DNA of 23,026 nt from contig JANLOX010000232.1 of assembly GCA_031366795.1 (NCBI GenBank), positions 1 to 23,026 on the forward strand, read 5' to 3'. This document shows, one piece after another, positions 7,180-16,190 of the stretch; position 1 is the first letter of the stretch; each line of letters opens with the position of its first letter. The notes under the pieces are model-generated. The model was not told the DNA's origin. It was given only the letters and a program-made list of their open reading frames with translations, and did not search any database. A program made the position numbers and the translations under genes. The stretch is from Candidatus Eiseniibacteriota bacterium (lineage in GTDB: Bacteria; Eisenbacteria; RBG-16-71-46).

Positions 7180-8970
7180 TCAGTGAACCAGGATCATCGT
7201 GCGGTAGGCGACCTTGCCACCGACCATGAGCCTCGCGAAGTAGGTGCCGCCCGCGACGTGGACGCCGCGGTCGTCGCGCGCATCCCAGGTCGCACTCTGC
7301 GCTCCGGCCTGAAGTTCCGAATCCACCACCGTGCGCACCAGCCGTCCCGCGAGATCGTGGATCCGCAGCGTGGCCCGTGATCGCAACGGCATATTGAAAC
7401 GCAGCGTCGTGGATTCGCGGAACGGATTGGGATACGCCGCCGCAAGACTCACACCGCCCGCGAGTGGCTGGCCGCCTACACCGAGTATGTGCGGGCAGAT
7501 GATTTCACCCACGGCCGTCCATGCGCCCGCGATACCCGGGTCGTAGGAGTCCAGAATCAGGTAGTAGATCCCGCGCGTCGTGAACTTGTAGCGGAAGTGC
7601 TCCATCTGCGCAGCACCCGAGGTATCGGATCCCGCGACGCAGGTTGTGGCGATGCTGTCGCAGTTCGTCACCAGGTAAATCGAAGCGTCGACATCATCCT
7701 TGCCGTTGACGTGCGGGAACACGTAGTCGCACCAGATGCTGTCCCCCGGTGATGCATCGATCCGGTATACGAGGTCAGCGCCCTGCGCCGAGAAACCGGT
7801 GCAGCCCGCTTCGGTCGGGTCGTAGTCCGGGAACGCCAGCGTGTTGTCGCCCGACAACTGGAACGGTCCGCACGGCAGGTACGCGGCCGAAGCGCACTGG
7901 TCGTTGGTCGGCACGTTGAGACCGCAGGTCAGCGAACCCACGAGGGACCAACCGCCATCCGTGTTGAGTCCGTCCGCGTCCAGAACGAGGAAGTACGAAC
8001 CGGTATAGAGGAACCGGAAGTTGAGCGTCTCGGTGCCGCCCGGGCCGGTGTTATTGGCGCCGACGAGGCAGTTCACCGGAGTGCCGCTCTTCTGGCAGTC
8101 GGGCATGATGTACAGGATGCCGTCCGCCGTCGAGGTGTAGGAGACCGACAGGCTGTCGCCCGCATTGACCTGCATGCTGTAGACGACGTCGCGGCCCTGC
8201 GCGAGCGAACCGACGCACGAGGTACTGACGCTCGGGAAGGCGTAATCATTCTGCGCGGTGACGGTGTTGCCGGAGAACAGGAAGCCGCCACAATAAATAC
8301 CCGTCGCGGTCTCACAGCGGTCGTTCACCGGCGGATGCAGGCCGCACGAGAAGAACTGGCCGACGAGCGACCAGTTGCCATAAGTGTCCTGTCCATAGGA
8401 ATCGAGAACCAGGTAATAGGTACCGGTGGTCGGGAAGCCATAACGCAAGTTCTCGGCGCCACCCTGGCGGTTCTCGTCGGCACCTGCCACGCAGCTCGTG
8501 GTCGGCTGCGCGCAATTCTTGATGATGTAGATCGAACCATCCGCGCTCGAGGTGTAGCGCAGCCACACGCTGTCCCCCGCTACAGCGTCGAACCGGTAGA
8601 CGACATCGCGGCCGGACGCCGAGTATCCGGTGCACGACAGCGTCGTATCCGGGAAGTCGTAATCGTTGGTGGCGAGGAAGGTGCTGCCGGCCAGGCTGAT
8701 GTTGCCACACGGAATGCTGATCGCACCGGCGCACTGATCATTGGCGGGCGGGTCGAGCGTCACGCCAAACGGATTGGAGAGCGGCGCCGGGACCGGCTTG
8801 AGGCGCAGCAGTTTGGGCGCACGAACGTGCGCGGTGGACCGCGTGGTTGCGGCCACGAGTTCCACGGGCGTCGTGACCGTGGATCGCGAAGCCGCGGCAC
8901 CTGCACCTGCCGCCAGGGCACACGCGAGCGAGACAATCCCCAACACAAGGCATCGAGAATGGAGCCGCAT
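7180..8970 (-). CDS. Secreted protein with three Cys-rich PPC-like beta-sandwich repeats and a C-terminal FlgD-Ig/T9SS-type domain (596 aa)
   Basis: Signal peptide MRLHSRCLVLGIVSLACALAAGAGA from ATG 8970; three repeats starting NDxC; tail YPNPFRESTTLRF...HDLAGRLVRT...WDARDDRG...GGTYFARL. Confidence 0.85.
   Translation of the reverse strand: MRLHSRCLVLGIVSLACALAAGAGAAASRSTVTTPVELVAATTRSTAHVRAPKLLRLKPVPAPLSNPFGVTLDPPANDQCAGAISIPCGNISLAGSTFLATNDYDFPDTTLSCTGYSASGRDVVYRFDAVAGDSVWLRYTSSADGSIYIIKNCAQPTTSCVAGADENRQGGAENLRYGFPTTGTYYLVLDSYGQDTYGNWSLVGQFFSCGLHPPVNDRCETATGIYCGGFLFSGNTVTAQNDYAFPSVSTSCVGSLAQGRDVVYSMQVNAGDSLSVSYTSTADGILYIMPDCQKSGTPVNCLVGANNTGPGGTETLNFRFLYTGSYFLVLDADGLNTDGGWSLVGSLTCGLNVPTNDQCASAAYLPCGPFQLSGDNTLAFPDYDPTEAGCTGFSAQGADLVYRIDASPGDSIWCDYVFPHVNGKDDVDASIYLVTNCDSIATTCVAGSDTSGAAQMEHFRYKFTTRGIYYLILDSYDPGIAGAWTAVGEIICPHILGVGGQPLAGGVSLAAAYPNPFRESTTLRFNMPLRSRATLRIHDLAGRLVRTVVDSELQAGAQSATWDARDDRGVHVAGGTYFARLMVGGKVAYRTMILVH
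7495..8751 (-). repeat. Three tandem ~140-aa protein repeats (starts near 8751, 8334, 7914)
   Basis: Each unit has NDxC..A..(I/L)xCG, (N/P)DY, CxGxxAxGxD(V/L)VY, GDS, D(G/A)x(I/L)Y, CxxG, G(T/S/I)Y(Y/F)L(V/I)LD, GxW(S/T)xVG and a terminal Cys. Confidence 0.9.
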
Positions 8971-9231
8971 GGGAGCAATCTCCGAGTTGAGCGTGGCGAG
9001 GCGGCAAGCGCGCTGCAAAAACCGCGACCCAAGGGATGGTCCGGCGGCCATTCGAGTGGTGGTATCGCGCGGGGATCGGGCCGGGGTTAGCCGATTTCGA
9101 ACCCACGATGTTGCTGGAAGCCTAAGCATGAGCCTATCACCCACCTGAGGCGTGCGCCACGGCTCCATTGCGACGGGGCGTGGTTTTCCCGTGAATTTTT
9201 CACTCCCAAGACGTCTGCTCCCCCAAGGGGC

Positions 9232-9247
9232 TGCAAGGGGTGCGCCA
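9232..9247 (-). promoter_or_regulatory. Candidate sigma54 (-24/-12) promoter
   Basis: Minus strand TGGCGC-ACCCC-TTGCA fits TGGCAC-N5-TTGC(A/T) with correct GG/GC spacing; intergenic and oriented toward the 8970 gene. Confidence 0.6.
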
Positions 9248-9352
9248 GCCGCCCCGGACGCGAAACCGCCGAAACCACCGCCGGGCACGCCGGGCAGGGA
9301 CGATCGGCGCGGCAATATGCCCCAGCAATAGCGCCGCCTGACCCGGCCCGGC

Positions 9353-10978
9353 CTATTGGTAGCGGGCTCGAACAGCCTGGGCAAACTCCTCAAGGTCATC
9401 GTAGCGATTCGCCCAGGTGGCATAGAGAATGGCCTCGACGTGCTTCACCCCACGGCTCGCCTCGATCCAGCGCTCGATCGACTGGACGGGCCCGTCGTAG
9501 TAGCCGGCGATAATCTGGGGATGCCCTTGCCGCGAGAAGAATTCGAGCGACTCATGGGGCCGCGTCTCGTTCCAGTTCACAACCCCGACACGGGCGTCGA
9601 GTCCGTTCGCGGCGCCCTCCAGGCTGCCCCGCACGAGGTAGAACTCGCGGATCGCATTTTGCCGCGGGTCGAACATGTCGCCCCATACGCAGAGCGTGTC
9701 CCCAGGCAGCATCGCGGCACAGCGGCGCACGGCATTCGCGAGAATGGTGCCCGCCGGCAGACCGGTGCGAATGCAGGCGGAGTCGCCACCGAGCGCGCGG
9801 ATTTCATCGAACATCATGAGGTACCGCCCCGTCCCCCACACCACCTGCATGCGCCGCGCCTCGTCCTCGAGCCGTGCCCAGGTGCCCGCTTCGGACAGGC
9901 AACACGTCGCCTGCGTCCCCCCCACGATCGCCGCATGCTGCCAGCTGCCGAGCAGCCGCGTGCCGTCGGGCCGCGACACGTGGAGCGGCGGCGGATCGTG
10001 CCACTCGGTGTACTGGCCTGCCCACGGATCGCGACCCATCCAAGGGTCGGCGAACGGCGCGAAGTCCACGCCCTCGACCAGCGGCGCTCCGGTCACCGCA
10101 TCGCGCAGCGCGAATGGGGCGTCGGCGCGGCGCACCATGTTCATGGGCCCCGCCTCTTCGATCGCCCAGTCCCGCCACTCGAGCAGGCCGCGCGTGCGGC
10201 TACGGACGCCGAAGGTGATTCGGACTTTGGAGTACTCGAGCGAGTTGAACATCACGTCGTAACGCGTCCACTCCTGGTTCGTCGTGAAGCGGACACTGTT
10301 CATGAAGTGCAGCCGCCGCTTGCCCGCAAACACCCACACGCGCGGACTCCCATGGAAGTCGCGCGTGCGCATCCACCACGACAGGTGGTAGGCGCTCGCC
10401 CGCTTCACCGGCACGTCGTACCACCAGCGCGCGCGCCACAGGCAGCGCTGCGTCGCCACGTGGTTCGAGTCGACGTCGACTCCCCAATCCTGCCCCGCGG
10501 GATTGGCGGGGAAGGCCACCGGCGTGGTGGAGTGCGGGCTGGCTATGCCACCGCGGACTTCGAATTCGGCGTTCTCCACCGGCAGCGACTCGACGAGATT
10601 CGGGTCACCCGCCAGCAGCGCGCCCGAGCGGCCCACCTGGAAGATGCCGGGCACGATCGACAGCCCCAATGAATCGGCGAGCTGCCGCAACCGTGCTGCG
10701 TGCTCGAAATACGCGGGGCGCATGTCGCCGAGACGCCCGAATTTGTGGTCCGCGAGCACCACGCGCCGGTAGCCGGCCTTAGCCGCGCGCGTCCACAGCG
10801 GCGCGATCCGCTCGACGCAATCGGACTCGGACAGGTTGGCGATCTGGTAGAACCAAAGCTCGGGAGGCGGGCCTGCCAGCGGCTCCTTGTGCCGCGCGCA
10901 CCCCGGCATCGCCGCCAACGTCAACGCGATGAGGGCCCACCGCCTCGCACCGCGACCCAGCCGGCTCCATCCCCGCAT
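9353..10978 (-). CDS. Putative lipoprotein with a glycoside hydrolase-like TIM barrel (GH20-like) and an inserted CBM-like jelly-roll
   Basis: Basic N-region, hydrophobic stretch and AMPGC lipobox-like Cys; YLMMFDEIR (DE pair) and VWGDMFDP; central YHLSWWMRT...QEWTRYDVMFNS segment resembles CBM4/9. ATG 10978 with GGAG RBS. Confidence 0.65.
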   Translation of the reverse strand: MRGWSRLGRGARRWALIALTLAAMPGCARHKEPLAGPPPELWFYQIANLSESDCVERIAPLWTRAAKAGYRRVVLADHKFGRLGDMRPAYFEHAARLRQLADSLGLSIVPGIFQVGRSGALLAGDPNLVESLPVENAEFEVRGGIASPHSTTPVAFPANPAGQDWGVDVDSNHVATQRCLWRARWWYDVPVKRASAYHLSWWMRTRDFHGSPRVWVFAGKRRLHFMNSVRFTTNQEWTRYDVMFNSLEYSKVRITFGVRSRTRGLLEWRDWAIEEAGPMNMVRRADAPFALRDAVTGAPLVEGVDFAPFADPWMGRDPWAGQYTEWHDPPPLHVSRPDGTRLLGSWQHAAIVGGTQATCCLSEAGTWARLEDEARRMQVVWGTGRYLMMFDEIRALGGDSACIRTGLPAGTILANAVRRCAAMLPGDTLCVWGDMFDPRQNAIREFYLVRGSLEGAANGLDARVGVVNWNETRPHESLEFFSRQGHPQIIAGYYDGPVQSIERWIEASRGVKHVEAILYATWANRYDDLEEFAQAVRARYQ

Positions 10979-11090
10979 CTGGTTTTCTCCCTTCAAGACG
11001 CGCCCCACCCGCTCCGGAGCGGGCCCATTTGAGCATCGCGCGCACGATAGGCAAATGCCGGGAGCGCGTCGAGTCGCCCGGGAATTCCAC

Positions 11091-11120
11091 TTGACGCATG
11101 AACCGAAATGCATTTTTATT
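11091..11120 (+). promoter_or_regulatory. Probable sigma70 promoter of the arg operon
   Basis: TTGACG at 11091-11096, 17-nt spacer, weak -10 (TTTTAT) lying inside the ARG box. Confidence 0.5.
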
Positions 11121-11124
11121 CATC
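11107..11124. promoter_or_regulatory. ARG box (ArgR operator)
   Basis: AATGCATTTTTATTCATC matches the nnTG(A/C)ATwwwwATTCAnn palindrome; an AT-rich island in GC-rich DNA directly upstream of argR. Confidence 0.85.
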
Positions 11125-11158
11125 TGACTGCATATCTTCTCGCACTAGGGAGGCCGTC

Positions 11159-11626
11159 GTGGCACGAGCCCGCCGTTTGACATTGATCGCCCAACTGCTG
11201 AGCAGCCGACGCTTCGCCAGCCAGGAAGAGGTCGGCAAGGCGCTGGCGCGCGCAGGGATCGAGACCACGCAGGCGACGCTGTCGCGTGACCTGCGCAGTC
11301 TTGGCGTGGCCAAGCGGGCCGATGCCGATGGCGGCAGCTGGTACGAGTTGCCGCATCCCGCCCTTGAAACGCTGGATCGCGAGCGCCGCCGGCTGGACCT
11401 GCGTTCCTTCGTCAATGAAGTCCGCGTGGCCCAGAATCTCGTGGTCGTGCGCACTCCCCCCGGGCATGCGAATGCCGTCGGGCGCGCCATCGACCTCGCG
11501 GAATATGAGGGTGTGGTGGGCACCGTAGCGGGCGACGACACCGTTCTGCTGGTCAGCGAGGATGCCGCCGGGGCGCGGCGCCTGAAGCGCGAACTCGAGT
11601 TACTCGCCAACGGCGGCACGAAGTGA
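11159..11626 (+). CDS. argR: Arginine repressor
   Basis: SQEE, TQATLSRDL, VRTPPGHA, GTVAGDDT; GTG 11159 after GGGAGG. Confidence 0.95.
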   Translation: MARARRLTLIAQLLSSRRFASQEEVGKALARAGIETTQATLSRDLRSLGVAKRADADGGSWYELPHPALETLDRERRRLDLRSFVNEVRVAQNLVVVRTPPGHANAVGRAIDLAEYEGVVGTVAGDDTVLLVSEDAAGARRLKRELELLANGGTK

Positions 11627-12702
11627 CGAGCCCGCTGAGCACGATACCCAAGCGCATGGCCACGCCGTCCGCGGCATCCCTGCCGGCGACTCGCGCGACT
11701 ATCGCGGTGCTTGGCGCCAGTGGCTACTCAGGCCAGGAGTTCGTCCGGCTGGCCTCGGCGCATCCTGGTCTCGACATCGCGCAGCTCGTCTCGCGCGAAT
11801 TCGCGGGGCAGCCCGCGGGAGCCATGCTGGTCGGCCTCGGCGCGCGCGTGGCGCCGCCCGTCGTGACGCCCGGTGCGGCGCTTGCCGCGGTGCGCGAGGG
11901 CGCTATCGACACGATCGTCGCCTGCCTGCCGCACGGCGCCTGGCGCGAGCTGTCGGCCCAGTTCTACGACGCTTCCCCGTCCCCCAAGGGATTGCGCGTG
12001 GTCGATCTGTCCTCCGATTTCCGCGACGAGTCGGCCGATTACCGCTATGGCCAGCCGGAGTCACGGCGGGAAGGGCTTGCGGGCGCCATGCGCATTGCCA
12101 ACCCGGGCTGCTACCCCACCGCTTCGACGCTGGCGTTGTGGCCGGCATTGGCGCGCAACCTGCTCACCGGTCCCATCATGGTGAGCGCCATCTCGGGCCT
12201 GACGGGAGCTGGGCGCACCGCCGCGGCACGCAATGCTTTCGTTGAGCGCGACGGCGGCGCCGAGCTCTACAAGGCCGGCACGATCCACGCGCACGCCAGC
12301 GAGATGGCGCGGCACTGGGCCGGCGCGCATGGCGCTGCACTTCCCGTCGGCTTCGCGCCGCAGGTGGTGCCGATGACGCGTGGCATTCTTGCCGTCATCA
12401 ACGCGACACTCCACGAGCCGCTGAGCCCCGAGCTGGCCCACGAACTGTGGTCGCAAACCTACGCCGACGAACCCTTCGTGCGCGTGCTCCCCGCCGGTCA
12501 GTGGCCCGACACGCGCGCGGTCAAGGGCTCCAACCGCTGCGACGTCGCAGTCACCACGCTGCATGACGGGCGCACACTGCTGGCCACATCGGCCATCGAC
12601 AACCTCGTCAAGGGTGCCGCGGGACAGGCGATCCAGAACCTCAACCTCATGCTCGGCTGGCCCGAGTCCACGGCGCTGCCCGTGGACGGCCTGCCCTGGT
12701 AA
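11623..12702 (+). CDS. argC: N-acetyl-gamma-glutamyl-phosphate reductase
   Basis: GASGYSG, DLSSDFR, IANPGCYPT, DNLVKGAAGQAIQNLN; GTGA overlap with argR (the start could instead be Met at 11656). Confidence 0.95.
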   Translation: MTSPLSTIPKRMATPSAASLPATRATIAVLGASGYSGQEFVRLASAHPGLDIAQLVSREFAGQPAGAMLVGLGARVAPPVVTPGAALAAVREGAIDTIVACLPHGAWRELSAQFYDASPSPKGLRVVDLSSDFRDESADYRYGQPESRREGLAGAMRIANPGCYPTASTLALWPALARNLLTGPIMVSAISGLTGAGRTAAARNAFVERDGGAELYKAGTIHAHASEMARHWAGAHGAALPVGFAPQVVPMTRGILAVINATLHEPLSPELAHELWSQTYADEPFVRVLPAGQWPDTRAVKGSNRCDVAVTTLHDGRTLLATSAIDNLVKGAAGQAIQNLNLMLGWPESTALPVDGLPW

Positions 12703-12728
12703 GCGGTCTCAAGGGAGCATCGCGACTC

Positions 12729-13562
12729 ATGACACAGCGCAATTCCATCGCGCCACCCAAGGCGGCGCCTTCGATTCCGGTCATCGTCATCAAACTCGGC
12801 GGCCGTGCCCTCGATGCGCCCGGCGCCGAAGCCGAGCTGGCGGATGCTCTCACTGCGCTCGAGGGCCACGCCGTGCTGGTGCACGGCGGTGGCAACGAAG
12901 TGACGGCGTGGTGCCAGCGACTCGGCCACACCCCGCAATTCCAGAACGGACTGCGCCTCACCGATGACACCACGCTCGAAGTCGCGGCCGCCGTCCTGGG
13001 GGGTCTCGCCAATGCGCGTCGCGTCGCGAGCCTGAGGGCTCACGGCGTCGATGCCCTTGGCTTGAGCGCGGGTGATGGCGGCCTGCTCGAAGTGCGGCTG
13101 CATCCCGATGCCGCCCAACTGGGCCATGTCGGCGTCGCCACCGGGGTTCGCCTCGAGTTGCTTGAGCAGTTGCTGGCACTCGGGCTGACGCCCGTCGTCT
13201 CGAGTATCGGCGCCTGCGATGGCGCGCTGCTCAATCTCAACGCCGATGAAGTCGCGGGCGCCCTGGCCTCAGGCCTCAAGGCACGCGCGCTGGTCATGCT
13301 CAGTGATGTCGATGGCGTGATGCTCGATGGCGCGCTGGTCTCGCGAATCAATGCGGCCGAACTGCCGCAATTGCTGCAACGCAGCGATATCCGCGACGGC
13401 ATGGTGCCTAAGCTGCGGGCCGCGGCACGCGCGCTCGAGGGCGGGGCGCAACGGGTATGCATCGCCGCATGGCGCGGCCCTGAAACACTCACGCAGATCA
13501 TGAACGGCACCCAGCCGGCCACCACGCTTTGCCGGGGCCATGAGGAGACCACGTATGCCTGA
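12729..13562 (+). CDS. argB: Acetylglutamate kinase
   Basis: VIKLGG, VHGGG, GLRLTD, NLNAD, SDVDGV, GMVPKL. Confidence 0.95.
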   Translation: MTQRNSIAPPKAAPSIPVIVIKLGGRALDAPGAEAELADALTALEGHAVLVHGGGNEVTAWCQRLGHTPQFQNGLRLTDDTTLEVAAAVLGGLANARRVASLRAHGVDALGLSAGDGGLLEVRLHPDAAQLGHVGVATGVRLELLEQLLALGLTPVVSSIGACDGALLNLNADEVAGALASGLKARALVMLSDVDGVMLDGALVSRINAAELPQLLQRSDIRDGMVPKLRAAARALEGGAQRVCIAAWRGPETLTQIMNGTQPATTLCRGHEETTYA

Positions 13563-14859
13563 CGCCACCACGCTCGACACGGCAGCCGTCGAAACTGCCG
13601 CAGTGACCCCGCCCAACGCCGCACCCGCCACGGGTCCTTCGCCGTTTGCGGACGACGAACTGGGACTCATCGCGCCCAATTACCCGCTGCCCCGGCTCGA
13701 GCTGGTCTCGGGACGTGGTGTGTGGGTCACCGACAAGAACGGCACGCGCTACCTCGACTTCGTCAGCGGTATCGCCGTGAATGCCCTGGGCCACGCGGCA
13801 CCCGCCGTGGCGCGCGCCGTGGCCAAGCAGGCGCGTGTGCTGGGGCAGGTCTCCAACCTGTTCGCCAACCGCCCCGCCACGACGCTCGCGCACCAACTCG
13901 CCGAGACGACGGGCTACCCAAACGTGTTCTTCTGCAACTCGGGCACCGAGGGCGTTGAAGCCGCGCTCAAGTTCGCGCGGGCCCGGGCGCGCCAGAAGGG
14001 ACTCAGCGGCCGCGATGTCGTCGCCTTCCGCGGGGGATTCCATGGCCGCACCGCCTTCGCGCTCTCGGCAACCTGGACGCCCTCCTATCGCGAGCCGTTC
14101 GAACCCTTGATGCCCGGCGTCCGCTTCGGTGACTTGAACCAGCTCGCTGGGCTCGACACGCTGATCGATGAGCACGTCGCGGCGGTAATCGTGGAACCCG
14201 TGCAGGGCGAAGCGGGCGCCATTCCTGCCACGCGCGAGTTCCTGCACGCCCTGCGCAAGCGCACCGAAGCCGTAGGCGCGGCATTGATCCTCGACGAGGT
14301 GCAGAGCGGCATGGGCCGCTGCGGCTCCCTGCTGGCGCAGCAGCAGTTCGGCGTCAGCGGCGACTACACGGTGCTGAGCAAAGCGCTCGGCGGCGGTCTA
14401 CCCCTGGGCGCCGTGCTGATGACCGCGGACGCCGCCAGTTCGCTCGCGCCCGGCATGCATGGCTGCACCTTCGGCGGCGGCGCCATCGCGGCCAGCGCTG
14501 GGATGGTGGTGCTCGAACGCGTGAGCAACGCGGGCTTCCAGACGCGCGTCCGCTCTCGCGGGCGCAGGCTGATGGCCGGGCTCAAGCGCGTCGTGAAGGC
14601 GCATGCCTCGGTCGCCGAAGCGCGCGGTCTCGGGCTGTTGCTGGCGATCGACCTCGCGCAGGATGCCGGCTTCGACGCCGCGACCCTCGTGCGCGCCGCG
14701 CGCGAGCACGGACTGCTGCTGGTGCGTGGTGGCGAGCGCGCCGTGCGGCTGTTGCCGGCCCTCATCGTCACCCCTGCCGAAATCGATCAGGCGCTCGAGC
14801 GCCTCGATGCGGCACTGACCTCACTCGAATCCAACACTCCCGCAAAGGACAACTCATAA
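13555..14859 (+). CDS. argD: Acetylornithine aminotransferase (class III PLP enzyme)
   Basis: YLDFVSGIAVNALGH, NSGTEGVEAA, FHGRT, EPVQGEAG, DEVQSGMGR, SKALGGG; ATG 13555 after GAGGAG. Confidence 0.93.
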   Translation: MPDATTLDTAAVETAAVTPPNAAPATGPSPFADDELGLIAPNYPLPRLELVSGRGVWVTDKNGTRYLDFVSGIAVNALGHAAPAVARAVAKQARVLGQVSNLFANRPATTLAHQLAETTGYPNVFFCNSGTEGVEAALKFARARARQKGLSGRDVVAFRGGFHGRTAFALSATWTPSYREPFEPLMPGVRFGDLNQLAGLDTLIDEHVAAVIVEPVQGEAGAIPATREFLHALRKRTEAVGAALILDEVQSGMGRCGSLLAQQQFGVSGDYTVLSKALGGGLPLGAVLMTADAASSLAPGMHGCTFGGGAIAASAGMVVLERVSNAGFQTRVRSRGRRLMAGLKRVVKAHASVAEARGLGLLLAIDLAQDAGFDAATLVRAAREHGLLLVRGGERAVRLLPALIVTPAEIDQALERLDAALTSLESNTPAKDNS

Positions 14860-16190
14860 TGACGCAGGCGACCCAGGTGAAGCGCGCAGTGCTTGCCTAC
14901 TCGGGCGGGCTCGACACCAGCATCATCGTGCACTGGCTCAAAGCCCGCTATGGCTGCGAAGTCATCTGCTACTGCTCCGACGTCGGCCAGGGCGCCGAAC
15001 TCGACGGTCTCGCCGAACGCGCGCGCCGGCTCGGTGCCGACGAGGTGGTCGTCGAAGACCTGCGCATGACGTTCGTGCGCGACTACTGTTTCCCCGCGCT
15101 CAAGTCCGGCGCGGTGTACGAAGGCCGCTACCTGCTCGGCACCTCGCTGGCGCGCCCGCTGATCGCCGCGCGGCAGGTTGCCGTGGCACTCGAGCACGGC
15201 GCCGATGCCGTAGCGCACGGCTGCACCGGCAAGGGCAACGACCAGGTCCGCTTCGAGCTCGCCTACATGTCGCTGGCGCCCGAACTCAAGGTGCTTGCCC
15301 CCTGGCGCGACCCGGCGTGGACGATCCGCTCACGCGAGGATGCGCTGGCCTATGCCGCCCAGCACAACCTACCCGTGCAGCAGACCTCGCGCGACCTCTA
15401 CTCGCGCGATGCCAACCTGTGGCACCTCTCGCATGAAGGCGGAGTGCTCGAAGACCCGGCGAACGCCCCGGAAGAGTCCATGTTCCGCCTGACTGCGGCC
15501 CCGGCATCGCACCCGGCCGAGCCCGAATGGGTCGCCATCGGGTTCGAGGCGGGACGCCCCGTCTCGCTCAATGGCACCGAACTGGATCCCGTGACGCTCG
15601 TCGGCGAACTCAACACGCGCGCCGAGAAGCATGGCGTGGGGCGCGCCGATCTCGTGGAGAGCCGGATGGTCGGCATGAAGTCGCGCGGCGTCTACGAGAC
15701 GCCGGCAGGCACCGTGCTCTATGAAGCGCTCGAAGACCTGTGCCGTCTCGTGCTGCCGCACGACCTGCATCGCACTCGGGCGACCCTCGCGCTGCAGATG
15801 GCGGACCTGATCTACTCGGGCCAGTGGTTCTCGCCGCTGCGCCGCGCCCTGCAGGCATTCGTCGACAACGCCATGCAGGTGGCCACCGGCACGGTCACGG
15901 TCCAGCTCCACCGCGGCACCGCCGTCGCCGTCTCGCGCACCAGCCCGATGTCGCTCTACAGCGCGAATCTCGCGTCATTCGACATGACCGGCTACAACGC
16001 CGCGCACGCCGAAGGCTTCATCCGCTTGTTCGGGTTGCCGCTGGCCGCTGCAAGCCAGCGTGGGTCACGCAAGGATGCCATGCTGGCCAGCCCCGGCGGT
16101 GGCGCCTACGCCCCCACGCCCGGCGCGGCGGATCCCAACGCCACCAAGGCAGCCCAGCCGGCGAAGTCCGAGGTCAGTCATGCAGGCTAA
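14859..16190 (+). CDS. argG: Argininosuccinate synthase
   Basis: LAYSGGLDTS, HGCTGKGNDQVRFE, SRDANLWHLSHEGG, KSRGVYETP; TAATG coupling to argD. Confidence 0.97.
   Translation: MTQATQVKRAVLAYSGGLDTSIIVHWLKARYGCEVICYCSDVGQGAELDGLAERARRLGADEVVVEDLRMTFVRDYCFPALKSGAVYEGRYLLGTSLARPLIAARQVAVALEHGADAVAHGCTGKGNDQVRFELAYMSLAPELKVLAPWRDPAWTIRSREDALAYAAQHNLPVQQTSRDLYSRDANLWHLSHEGGVLEDPANAPEESMFRLTAAPASHPAEPEWVAIGFEAGRPVSLNGTELDPVTLVGELNTRAEKHGVGRADLVESRMVGMKSRGVYETPAGTVLYEALEDLCRLVLPHDLHRTRATLALQMADLIYSGQWFSPLRRALQAFVDNAMQVATGTVTVQLHRGTAVAVSRTSPMSLYSANLASFDMTGYNAAHAEGFIRLFGLPLAAASQRGSRKDAMLASPGGGAYAPTPGAADPNATKAAQPAKSEVSHAG

Noticed and set aside
8971..9423. 150-aa N-terminal extension of the repeat protein
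   Set aside because: Arg/Pro/Gly-rich open frame typical of GC-rich DNA; the signal peptide starts at 8970 and the region contains a promoter-like motif.
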